A stretch of 41,672 bases of DNA from an uncultured Eubacteriales bacterium (GCA_964370405.1 CAYJJB010000005.1:1-41672); one strand, 5' to 3'; counted from the stretch's first letter, positions 8,994 to 16,606 are shown. Made by a program: numbers and translations. The notes: generated from the sequence alone by a model not told the origin.

Positions 8994-9026
8994 ACCGACA
9001 CCACCTTAAAGATATTAATAAACTAC

Positions 9027-9055
9027 ATTTTACCATGTAAATAAGTTATTGTAAA
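9027..9055 (-). promoter_or_regulatory. Sigma-A-type promoter for small ORF-metG-tatD-pcp
   Basis: Minus strand TTTACA (9055-9050), a 17-nt spacer, then TGgTAAAAT (extended -10, TAAAAT at 9032-9027). Confidence 0.5.
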
Positions 9056-9063
9056 TGATTTAT

Positions 9064-9092
9064 TTGACATTCTAACAAAGCTTTAGTAAAAT
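9064..9092 (+). promoter_or_regulatory. Sigma-A-type promoter for pdxK
   Basis: TTGACA (9064-9069), a 17-nt spacer, then TAAAAT (9087-9092). It lies about 30 nt upstream of the ATG at 9123. Confidence 0.55.
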
Positions 9093-9122
9093 TTAATTAT
9101 AATTTAAAGGAGATTTTAAAAT

Positions 9123-9980
9123 ATGCTTAAAAATGAAATACTAACTTGTGCCGCAGTTCACGATATATCGGGGTTTGGCAAATGTGCTTTAACTGTTTGT
9201 TTGCCTGTTTTAAGTGCTATGGGGGTTGAAACTTCTGTAATGCCCACGGCAATGCTTTCAACCCACGGCGGATTTAGCGGTTTTACCTATAATGATTTTA
9301 CAAAGGAAATGTTACCCATGGCAAAACACTGGAAAGAAGTAGGGGCAAATTTTAATTCTATTTATACAGGGTTTTTGGGAAGTATATCGCAAATTTCAGT
9401 AGTAAAAGAGATATTTAGAACGATTAAAAATGATGATACCCTTATTATGGTAGACCCAGTAATGGCAGATGATGGAAAACTTTATAAGATGTATGATGAA
9501 AAAATGGTAGAGGGCATGAGAGAGCTTTGCAAAGAAGCAGATATAATAGTGCCAAACTTGACAGAGGCTTCATACCTTACAGGCGAAAAATATATCGAAA
9601 GTGGACACAGCAAAGAATATATTGAAAATATGCTTTACAAATTATCAGAATTTGGATGTAAATATGTGGTTATAACAGGCGTAAGTTTTGATGATGAAAA
9701 GCTGGGTTCAGCATGTCTTTGCGTGAAAAGCGGCGAAATTCACTATAGTCTGTTTAAAAAACACAAAGGTGGCTACCCCGGCACAGGTGACTTGTTTGCA
9801 AGTGTGCTTTTAGGTGCTATACTTAATGGTCATGGGATAGATGAAGCACAAGACCTTGCAACAAAATATGTCAGCGATACAATAGAGAAAACTATAGAGC
9901 TTAAAAGGGATAAAAATCCACTTTTTGGCGTGTGCTTTGAAAAAACTTTACCACAGCTTGTTTCTTTAATTGACAATTAA
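9123..9980 (+). CDS. pdxK: Pyridoxal/pyridoxamine kinase
   Basis: 285 aa. Ribokinase-fold PdxK pattern: AVHDISGFGKCALTVCLPVLSAMGVE, DPVMADDGKLY, and GTGDLFASVLLGA near the C-terminus. Confidence 0.85.
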   Translation: MLKNEILTCAAVHDISGFGKCALTVCLPVLSAMGVETSVMPTAMLSTHGGFSGFTYNDFTKEMLPMAKHWKEVGANFNSIYTGFLGSISQISVVKEIFRTIKNDDTLIMVDPVMADDGKLYKMYDEKMVEGMRELCKEADIIVPNLTEASYLTGEKYIESGHSKEYIENMLYKLSEFGCKYVVITGVSFDDEKLGSACLCVKSGEIHYSLFKKHKGGYPGTGDLFASVLLGAILNGHGIDEAQDLATKYVSDTIEKTIELKRDKNPLFGVCFEKTLPQLVSLIDN

Positions 9981-10021
9981 TAATTATGGCTAAAATTATT
10001 AAACGAGAATATAAATTTACC

Positions 10022-10050
10022 TTGCAAAAGTGATTAAATTAGTGTAGAAT
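10022..10050 (+). promoter_or_regulatory. Sigma-A-type promoter for the paaK-iorAB-paaK-ACT cluster
   Basis: TTGCAA (10022-10027), a 17-nt spacer, then TAGAAT (10045-10050). Confidence 0.5.
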
Positions 10051-10108
10051 ATAAGTTAACGCTGTGGCGCTTTAAAGTGAAAGAGATGAAAGTTGGTGCA
10101 TATAGATA

Positions 10109-11419
10109 ATGCAAAATAATTTTTTCCAAAAAGATATAGAAACCATGCCAAGAGTCGAGCTTGAAAAATTACAGCTTGAAAGGCTTCAAAAAATGGTGGA
10201 TTACTGTATAAATAATGTAAAGTTTTATAATGAGAAACTCAGTAAAGTGGGCATCACCTCTGGTGATAAAATTAAAACTTTGTCTGATATACAGTATATC
10301 CCATTTACCACAAAAGAAGACATAAGAGATAATTATCCGTTTAATATGATGGCAAGGCCTATGAAAGACATAGTGCGTATACACGCATCCTCAGGAACCA
10401 CAGGAAAACCCACTGTGGGTCTTTACACAAAAAATGACCTTGATATGTGGGCGTCGCAGGTTGCAAGAATTTGTGTTGCAGGTGGCGTAACAGATGAAGA
10501 TATAATACAAATCTCCTTTGGATATGGACTTTTTACAGGAGCTTTGGGACTTCATTATGGGCTTGAGAAAATTGGCGCCACTGTAATTCCGGCATCATCT
10601 GGTAATACTGAAAAACAACTTATGATGTTTAGGGACTTTGGTGTAACAGGACTTGTTGCAACTCCAAGTTATGCGATTTATCTTGCAGAGGCGGTAAAAG
10701 AGGGCAATGTTCCACTGTCTGAATATCATAAGCTTAGACTTGGTATTTTAGGAAGTGAAAGCTGTAGCAGTGAAATGCGAAACGAAATTGAAAAAGGACT
10801 TGGTATTTTTGTAAGTGATAACTATGGAATGACAGAGCTTACAGGGCCTGGTGTATCTGGTGAATGTATATACAGAGATGGCCTTCATTTTAATGAAGAT
10901 GCATTTTTGCCTGAGATTATAGACAGCGATACAGGTAAAGTGAAAGACAGGGGTGACACGGGAGAGCTTGTTGTTACAACGCTTTTAAGAGAGGGCGCAC
11001 CTGTTTTAAGATACAGAACAAAAGACATAGCAAGTTTAAATTATGAGCCATGTAAATGTGGCAGAACTGGTGTTCGTATGAACAAAATCACTGGTAGGAC
11101 AGATGATATGATTATAATAAAAGGTGTCAACGTGTTTCCATCACAAGTGGCTACTGTTCTTGCCGAATTTAAACAAATCAGTCCACATTATCAGCTTGTT
11201 CTTACACGCAAAAACTATCTTGACAGGCTGGAGGTTAAAGTAGAGCTAATTGACGCTTCACTTTTGGAAAACTTTAGAGAGCTTGAGGGTCTTACAAAGC
11301 AAATACATGACAGACTTAGAAGCATTTTAGGGCTTGATACAAAAGTAAGCCTTGTAGAACCGAAAAACCTAGAGCGTTTTCAGGGCAAGGCAAAAAGAGT
11401 AATAGACAATAGACAATAG
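10109..11419 (+). CDS. paaK: Phenylacetate--CoA ligase family protein (copy 1)
   Basis: 436 aa. It has the AMP-binding motif HASSGTTGKPTV, the PaaK-type N-terminus ...MPRVELEKLQLERLQKMV, and the C-terminus GKAKRVIDNRQ. Confidence 0.85.
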   Translation: MQNNFFQKDIETMPRVELEKLQLERLQKMVDYCINNVKFYNEKLSKVGITSGDKIKTLSDIQYIPFTTKEDIRDNYPFNMMARPMKDIVRIHASSGTTGKPTVGLYTKNDLDMWASQVARICVAGGVTDEDIIQISFGYGLFTGALGLHYGLEKIGATVIPASSGNTEKQLMMFRDFGVTGLVATPSYAIYLAEAVKEGNVPLSEYHKLRLGILGSESCSSEMRNEIEKGLGIFVSDNYGMTELTGPGVSGECIYRDGLHFNEDAFLPEIIDSDTGKVKDRGDTGELVVTTLLREGAPVLRYRTKDIASLNYEPCKCGRTGVRMNKITGRTDDMIIIKGVNVFPSQVATVLAEFKQISPHYQLVLTRKNYLDRLEVKVELIDASLLENFRELEGLTKQIHDRLRSILGLDTKVSLVEPKNLERFQGKAKRVIDNRQ

Positions 11420-11512
11420 TTGATAGTGAATAATTGATAGTGAATAGTGTTAAAAATAAAAAATGCATAGCATTTCACTATCACTCTCAACTTTCAACTT
11501 TCAACGCTCAAC
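11419..11512. repeat. Heptad-arm palindromic intergenic element, copy a
   Basis: The left arm GTTGATA GTGAATA ATTGATA GTGAATA GTG (11419-11449) starts on the last base of the paaK stop codon. The core is AAATGCATAGCATTT (11461-11475). The right arm CAC TATCACT CTCAACT TTCAACT TTCAACG CTCAAC (11476-11512) is the imperfect complement of the left arm. Confidence 0.7.
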
Positions 11513-11532
11513 AAATTAAGGAGGAATTTATC

Positions 11533-13248
11533 TTGAAAGAATTAATGCTAGGAAATGAAGCTGTTGCAAGAGGTCTTTTTGAAGCAGGTGTTAAGGTGAT
11601 ATCAAGTTATCCTGGAACACCAAGTACAGAAATAACTGAAGCGGCGGCAAAATATGATGAAATGTACAGTGAGTGGGCGCCTAATGAAAAAGTTGCGGCA
11701 GAGGTTGCAGCTGGTGCATGCATAGGCGGTGCAAGATCGTTTTGTGCTATGAAACACGTTGGATTTAACGTGGCGGCAGACCCAATTTTTACAATGAGTT
11801 ACATAGGTGTAAACGGTGGTATGGTAATTGCTGTTGCCGATGACCCAAGTATGCACTCATCTCAAAATGAGCAAGACACAAGAAACTATGGAATTGCTGC
11901 AAAGCTTCCAATGCTTGAGCCTGCAGACTCTCAGGAATGTAAGGATTTTACAAAGCTTGCATTTGAAATTTCAGAGCAGTTTGACACGCCTGTAATTTTA
12001 AGGCTTACAACAAGAATTTCTCACTCAAGAAGTATTGTAACTTTGGGAGAAAGAGTGGAACTGCAAAATAAGCCATATGTAAAAAACGTAGCAAAAAATG
12101 TTATGCTTCCTGCATTTGCAAGGCCAAAACATGAAATAGTTGAAAAAAGAACACTAGACCTTAAACAGTGGTCAAAAAATAGCTCCATCAATATTGTGGA
12201 AGACAATGGCTCAAAAGTAGGCGTGATTACAGCTGGTTCTGTTTATCAATATGTCAAAGAAGTAATGGGCGATGAATGTAATTACCTAAAACTTGGCATG
12301 ATTAATCCTTTATCAGAAGATTTAATTAAAGATTTCTGTAAAGGTCTTGAGAAAATATATGTAATAGAAGAGCTTGATGATATTATTGAAACTTTCTGCA
12401 AAAAAAATGGAATAAATGTAATAGGAAAAGACCTGTTCCCAAAATGTGGCGAGTTTAACCAAAAACTTATGGCAAAGGTTTTAAAAGGCGAGGAAGTAAA
12501 GGGTTTAAGCTTTGACGAGGCAATACCTGTAAGACCTCCTGTAATGTGCTGTGGTTGCCCACACAGAGGTGTGTTCTATGCACTGAAAAAAGAGAATGTG
12601 TATGTAAGTGGCGATATAGGTTGCTACACTTTAGGCGCTTCTGCTCCACTTGGTGCTATGGATTTATGCATTTGCATGGGTGCTTCCATTTCTTCACTTC
12701 ATGGCTACAACAAAGCTACAGGAAACGACAATAAGTCAGTTGCAGTAATAGGCGACTCCACATTTATGCACACAGGTGTAAACAGCCTTATCGACATAGC
12801 TTATAATAGAAGTAATTCTGTTACAATGATTTTGGATAACTCCATTACTGGTATGACAGGTCACCAACAAAACCCAACAACAGGTTTTAACATTAAAGGC
12901 GAGCCATCTGCTTCTGTAGATTTAGAAAAGCTATGTACTGCAATAGGAATAAATAGAGTTAAAGTTATAGACCCATATGACTTAAAAGAAACTATGAAAG
13001 TCATTAAAGAAGAGCTTGCAGCCGACGAACCATCAGTAATTATAAGCCGCAGACCTTGTGCGCTTTTAAAATACGTTAAGCATGAAACACCACTTGAAGT
13101 AAACAGTGACTGCGTAGGGTGCAAAATATGTCTTGGCATTGGTTGTCCTGCAATTAGCATGAAAGACGGCAAAGCAGTTATTGATAAAGCACAATGTGTG
13201 GGCTGTAAAGTTTGCAAGGGTTTATGCCCTAAAAAAGCTATAAATTAA
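11533..13248 (+). CDS. iorA: Indolepyruvate:ferredoxin oxidoreductase, alpha subunit
   Basis: The track ORF starts at 11434 but reads through repeat element a. I prefer the in-frame TTG at 11533, 8 nt after AAGGAGG (11518-11524), giving (M)KELMLGNEAVARGLFEAGV. It has the TPP motif GDSTFMHTG and two C-terminal ferredoxin motifs, CVGCKICLGIGCP and CVGCKVCKGLCP. Confidence 0.9.
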   Translation: MKELMLGNEAVARGLFEAGVKVISSYPGTPSTEITEAAAKYDEMYSEWAPNEKVAAEVAAGACIGGARSFCAMKHVGFNVAADPIFTMSYIGVNGGMVIAVADDPSMHSSQNEQDTRNYGIAAKLPMLEPADSQECKDFTKLAFEISEQFDTPVILRLTTRISHSRSIVTLGERVELQNKPYVKNVAKNVMLPAFARPKHEIVEKRTLDLKQWSKNSSINIVEDNGSKVGVITAGSVYQYVKEVMGDECNYLKLGMINPLSEDLIKDFCKGLEKIYVIEELDDIIETFCKKNGINVIGKDLFPKCGEFNQKLMAKVLKGEEVKGLSFDEAIPVRPPVMCCGCPHRGVFYALKKENVYVSGDIGCYTLGASAPLGAMDLCICMGASISSLHGYNKATGNDNKSVAVIGDSTFMHTGVNSLIDIAYNRSNSVTMILDNSITGMTGHQQNPTTGFNIKGEPSASVDLEKLCTAIGINRVKVIDPYDLKETMKVIKEELAADEPSVIISRRPCALLKYVKHETPLEVNSDCVGCKICLGIGCPAISMKDGKAVIDKAQCVGCKVCKGLCPKKAIN

Positions 13249-13262
13249 GGGAGGAGAATATT

Positions 13263-13844
13263 ATGCAAAACGACGTAAAAAGTATACTTATAGTAGGCGT
13301 TGGTGGACAAGGAACTTTGCTTGCAAGCAAAATTTTGGGTACGGCAATGATGAACGAGGGATATGATGTAAAAGTAAGTGAAGTGCACGGAATGAGTCAA
13401 AGAGGCGGATCTGTTATAACTTATGTAAGATATGGCACAAAAGTTGCTTCTCCTATAATAGAAGAAGCACAGGCGGATATTATTTTGGCGTTTGAACAAC
13501 TTGAGGCGGCAAGATATTTACCATATCTTAAAAAAGGTGGATTTTTAATCACCAACACTCAAAAAATGGATCCAATGCCAGTTATCACAGGTACTATGGA
13601 GTATCCACAAGACATAATTGAAAAAATTCGTGAAAAAGGTGTAAATCTCGATACGGTAGACGCCTTAGACTTTGCTGTAAAAGCAGGTTCACAAAAAGCT
13701 GTTAACGTGGTTTTAATGGGTGCAATGGCGGCAAAACTTAATCTTCCTAAAGAAGCATGGGTAAAGGCACTAGAACAAACAGTACCACAAAAATTTATAG
13801 AAATGAACAAAACAGCATTTGAATTAGGATTTAACAACGTGTGA
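13263..13844 (+). CDS. iorB: Indolepyruvate:ferredoxin oxidoreductase, beta subunit
   Basis: 193 aa. The string ILIVGVGGQGTLLASKILG...SEVHGMSQRGGSV is typical of the IorB/2-oxoacid oxidoreductase gamma-like subunit. GGGAGG RBS upstream. Confidence 0.9.
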   Translation: MQNDVKSILIVGVGGQGTLLASKILGTAMMNEGYDVKVSEVHGMSQRGGSVITYVRYGTKVASPIIEEAQADIILAFEQLEAARYLPYLKKGGFLITNTQKMDPMPVITGTMEYPQDIIEKIREKGVNLDTVDALDFAVKAGSQKAVNVVLMGAMAAKLNLPKEAWVKALEQTVPQKFIEMNKTAFELGFNNV

Positions 13845-13976
13845 AACACGTTGGAGTGAAGAGTGAAAAATGAAAAGAGAAAAGTGGAGGCGGAAATCCT
13901 ACGGATTTCTAAATTATATAATCAAAAAATGCGTAGCATTTCACCACAACTCTTAACTCTTAACTCTTCACTTTTT
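13835..13976. repeat. Heptad-arm palindromic intergenic element, copy b (full dyad with two mini-hairpins)
   Basis: Read 5' to 3':
- An 8-bp hairpin, CAACGTGT-gaa-ACACGTTG (13835-13853), spans the iorB stop.
- Heptads GAGTGAAGA GTGAAAA ATGAAAA GAGAAAA GTGG.
- A mini-hairpin, GGAAATCC-tac-GGATTTC (13892-13909).
- A spacer.
- AAATGC-gta-GCATTT (13927-13941).
- The complementary arm CACCACAACTCTTAACTCTTAACTCTTCAC (13942-13971). Confidence 0.7.
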
Positions 13977-14002
13977 ACTAACATAAAAAAGGAGGGTCTA
14001 CA

Positions 14003-15295
14003 TTGTATTATCAACAAGAGATTGAATGTGCAAGCCGTGAAGAACTTAAAAAAATTCAATCTGAAAAATTAAAAACCATAGTTAAAACTTGTTATGAAAA
14101 AATACCTTTTTATAAAGAAAGCTTTGATAAAGCGGGCATAAAACCGGAGGATATTAAAAGTATAGACGACATAGTAAAACTTCCATTTACAGAAAAAAAT
14201 GATTTGCGAGATACTTATCCATTCGGGCTTTTAGCCGTTGGACGTGATGAAATTGTGAGGGTTCACGCTTCATCTGGTACTACAGGTAAACAAACAGTTG
14301 TTGCATACACCCAAAATGACATAGACATTTGGGCGGACTGTGTTGCAAGAAATATAATGGCAATTGGCGGACACAAAAAAGACTTTGTTCAAGTAGCCTA
14401 TGGTTATGGACTGTTTACAGGTGGTTTGGGGCTTCATTATGGTGCTGAAAAACTTGGAGCTACTGCAATTCCCGTATCATCTGGAAACACTGAAAGACAA
14501 ATTCAAATTATGGAAGACTATGAGTCTGACATACTTTGCTGTACTCCATCTTATGCAATGTACATAGGAGAAACTTTAAAGGAAAAAGGAATTGACCCTA
14601 AAAGTCTAAAGCTTAGGGCGGGTATTTTTGGTGCAGAGCCATGGACGCAGGAAATGCGAAAAGAGATAGAAAATCTTTTAGACATTAAGGCATATGACAT
14701 TTATGGACTGTCTGAAATAACAGGACCTGGCGTTTCTTGCGAATGTACAGAGCAGGCTGGCATGCATGTAAATGAAGACTATTTTTATCCTGAAATAATT
14801 GACCCTGACACAGGTGAAACTTTGCCTGAGGGCGAATTTGGTGAACTTGTATTTACCTGCATAGGTAAAGAAGCGCTTCCGCTTATAAGATATAGAACAA
14901 GGGACATTTGTAGATTGAATTATGAAAAATGCGGCTGTGGAAGAACTCTTGTAAGAATGGATAAACCAAGAGGAAGAACCGATGATATGCTTATAATAAG
15001 AGGCATAAACGTATTTCCATCACAAATTGAATCTGTGCTTTTGGAACTTGGCATGGACCCAAATTATCAACTGGTTGTAGACCGTGTTAATAATTTGGAT
15101 AGAATGGAAGTGCAGATTGAAATTAATGACAATATTTTCTCTGATACAGTTAGAAATATTGAAGAGATAGAGAAAAAAATATCTTTAGCTCTTCAGTCAA
15201 CACTTAACATTGTTGCAAAAGTAAGACTAGTAGAACCAAAAAGCATTCCTCGCTCAGAAGGAAAAGCAAAAAGAGTTATAGACAATAGAAAATAG
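14003..15295 (+). CDS. paaK: Phenylacetate--CoA ligase family protein (copy 2)
   Basis: TTG start with AAGGAGGG at 13989-13996; 430 aa. It has HASSGTTGKQTV and the C-terminus GKAKRVIDNRK. It is a paralog of 10109-11419. Confidence 0.85.
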   Translation: MYYQQEIECASREELKKIQSEKLKTIVKTCYEKIPFYKESFDKAGIKPEDIKSIDDIVKLPFTEKNDLRDTYPFGLLAVGRDEIVRVHASSGTTGKQTVVAYTQNDIDIWADCVARNIMAIGGHKKDFVQVAYGYGLFTGGLGLHYGAEKLGATAIPVSSGNTERQIQIMEDYESDILCCTPSYAMYIGETLKEKGIDPKSLKLRAGIFGAEPWTQEMRKEIENLLDIKAYDIYGLSEITGPGVSCECTEQAGMHVNEDYFYPEIIDPDTGETLPEGEFGELVFTCIGKEALPLIRYRTRDICRLNYEKCGCGRTLVRMDKPRGRTDDMLIIRGINVFPSQIESVLLELGMDPNYQLVVDRVNNLDRMEVQIEINDNIFSDTVRNIEEIEKKISLALQSTLNIVAKVRLVEPKSIPRSEGKAKRVIDNRK

Positions 15296-15389
15296 TTGAT
15301 AGTGAATAGTTGATAATGGATAGTTTTAAAATAGAAAATGCATAGCATTTTCCACCACCACTCTCAACTCACAACTCTCAACTTTCAAC
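15295..15389. repeat. Heptad-arm palindromic intergenic element, copy c
   Basis: Left arm GTTGATA GTGAATA GTTGATA ATGGATA G (15295-15323), beginning on the last base of the paaK2 stop. Core AAATGCATAGCATTT (15336-15350). Right arm CCACCACCACTCTCAACTCACAACTCTCAACTTTCAAC (15352-15389). Confidence 0.7.
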
Positions 15390-15411
15390 TAATATGAAAG
15401 GCAGTGACTTT

Positions 15412-15843
15412 ATGCAAATCAAACAACTTTCGGTATTCATTGAAAACAAACCCGGCAGGCTTGCCGATATTACAGAGGTACTTGCAGAAAATAAAATTGA
15501 TATAAGGGCAATATCTGTTGCTGATACAAGTGATTTTGGAATACTAAGAATTATTGTAGATAAGCCTGATGAAGCATCAGCGGTACTTAAAGAAGCTGGA
15601 ATGACAGTGTCTTTATCTAAAGTAATAGCCGTAGGTATAGGTGATATTACAGGTGAATTTGCAAGAGCAATTAGAGTGCTTGCACAAGAAAAAGTTAGCG
15701 TTGAATATGTATACGCATTTGTAAGCCGTGACAAAGGCAAGGCATATGTTATAATTCGTGCTGATGACGGCGAAAGAGCAGCAAAAGTTCTTATAGATAA
15801 CGATGTAGAAATTTTATCAGAAGAAGCACTTTACAACATGTAA
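15412..15843 (+). CDS. ACT-domain (amino-acid-binding) protein
   Basis: The track ORF starts at 15394. The ATG at 15412 gives MQIKQLSVFIENKPGRLADITEVLAENKIDIRAISVADTSDFGILRIIV, the usual start and 143-aa length of tandem-ACT proteins found next to paaK/ior genes. Confidence 0.8.
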   Translation: MQIKQLSVFIENKPGRLADITEVLAENKIDIRAISVADTSDFGILRIIVDKPDEASAVLKEAGMTVSLSKVIAVGIGDITGEFARAIRVLAQEKVSVEYVYAFVSRDKGKAYVIIRADDGERAAKVLIDNDVEILSEEALYNM

Positions 15844-15854
15844 TGGAGAAATTT

Positions 15855-16346
15855 ATGAAAAGAGAAAATTATATTTCTTGGGACGAGTATTTTATGGGCG
15901 TTGCCGTTTTAGCATCTCACCGAAGCAAAGACCCAAATACACCTGTTGGTTCTTGTATAGTTGATGAAAAAAACGTAATAGTGTCAACAGGATATAATGG
16001 ACTTCCCATAGGCTGCTCAGATGATGAATATCCATGGGGAAATAAAGGCGAAAATATAGACACAAAATATCCATACGTAGTTCATGCAGAGCTCAACGCA
16101 ATTTTAAATGCACATGGAAGAAATTTAGAAAATACAAGGGTATATACAGCTCTTTTTCCCTGCAATGAATGTGCAAAAGCAATAATTCAGTCCGGAATTA
16201 AAGAAGTTATCTATTTAAGCGATAAATACGCAGACACAGACCTAGTAAAAGCATCAAAACGCATGCTTACATCTGCAAATGTTAAATTTAGACAACTTGA
16301 TACAAAGAGAGAAAAAATAGAGTTAGATTTTACGATTAAAGCTTAA
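15855..16346 (+). CDS. comEB: Deoxycytidylate (dCMP) deaminase
   Basis: Zinc-binding CDA motifs VVHAELNAILNA and FPCNECAKAIIQ. The ATG at 15855 has GGAG 6 nt upstream. The alternative ATG at 15843 overlaps the ACT-gene stop (TAATG) but has no RBS. Confidence 0.85.
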   Translation: MKRENYISWDEYFMGVAVLASHRSKDPNTPVGSCIVDEKNVIVSTGYNGLPIGCSDDEYPWGNKGENIDTKYPYVVHAELNAILNAHGRNLENTRVYTALFPCNECAKAIIQSGIKEVIYLSDKYADTDLVKASKRMLTSANVKFRQLDTKREKIELDFTIKA

Positions 16347-16350
16347 TAAA

Positions 16351-16376
16351 AGAGAGTCGGTATGAGCCGACTCTCT
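16351..16376. terminator. Terminator hairpin, copy 1 (A-run on the left, no T-run on the right)
   Basis: AGAGAGTCGG-tatga-GCCGACTCTCT, preceded by AAAA and followed by CAGACTG. It is identical over 26 nt to 16576-16601. Confidence 0.6.
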
Positions 16377-16575
16377 CAGACTGTCGAAAAACCCACAACC
16401 GCAAAAAAATGAGCCAAGTTGGCTCATTTTTTGCTTCCTGCGTCACAAACCCTTGCAAATTTCCCTCACATACCCTCGTATTACTCAGTCATTTTAGGGA
16501 ATTTGTTCCTTGTCTTTCAGATTTTTAGACAGTCTGGCATCGTGTACAAAAAAGTAAGACTTTTTTGACACGCTG
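16377..16575. other. 199-bp hairpin-rich non-coding insert between the two copies of the terminator hairpin (MITE-like relic or structured small RNA)
   Basis: Structures seen:
- A 15-nt inverted repeat, CAGACTGTCGAAAAA (16377-16391) with TTTTTAGACAGTCTG (16522-16536), 14/15 complementary.
- An internal A7-ATGAGCC-aagtt-GGCTCAT-T6 hairpin (16403-16432).
- A second stem, CAAATTTCCCT (16456-16466) with AGGGAATTTG (16496-16505).
- A third hairpin, GTGTACAAAAAAG-taaga-CTTTTTTGACAC (16542-16571).
I found no ORF with an RBS. Confidence 0.5.
16403..16432. terminator. Bidirectional terminator-like hairpin inside the insert
   Basis: AAAAAAATGAGCC-aagtt-GGCTCATTTTTT: a 7-bp GC-containing stem that the flanking A/T runs can extend. 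Confidence 0.5.
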
Positions 16576-16606
16576 AGAGAGTCGGTATGAGCCGACTCTC
16601 TTTTTA
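16576..16606. terminator. Terminator hairpin, copy 2 (T-run on the right)
   Basis: AGAGAGTCGG-tatga-GCCGACTCTCT followed by TTTTT. It abuts the stop codon of the minus-strand GGDEF gene (16604-16606). Confidence 0.6.

Noticed and set aside
8867-9026. T-box or other riboswitch leader in front of metG, and likewise in front of asnA (1662-1746)
   Set aside because: The available leaders are only about 130 nt (mostly occupied by the small ORF) and about 80 nt. That is too short for a T-box, and I could not find a specifier-loop or T-box sequence.
9981-10021. AATAATT...AATTATT inverted repeat after pdxK as a terminator
   Set aside because: It is an AT-only 7-bp stem with no following T-run, and such a match is likely by chance in AT-rich DNA.
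11434-11532. N-terminal 33-codon extension of the iorA track ORF (MIVNSVKNKKCIAFHYHSQLSTFNAQQIKEEFI)
   Set aside because: The extension is a read-through of repeat element a and has no RBS. The in-frame TTG at 11533 has AAGGAGG at ideal spacing and restores the normal IorA N-terminus.
13863-14072. 69-aa ORF spanning repeat element b and the start of paaK2
   Set aside because: It is composed of translated heptad repeats and overlaps the well-supported paaK2 start out of frame. It has a GTG start without an RBS.
11419-15389. Possibility that the periodic repeats are a CRISPR array or minisatellite
   Set aside because: The period is 7 nt with no spacers, each copy is under 150 nt, the arms are inverted rather than direct, and no cas genes are present. 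They are better described as REP-like palindromic elements.
16409-16528. 39-codon ORF (MSQVGSFFASCVTNPCKFPSHTLVLLSHFREFVPCLSDF) inside the 199-bp insert
   Set aside because: The ATG sits inside the terminator-like hairpin with no Shine-Dalgarno sequence. The frame looks incidental to a structured non-coding region.
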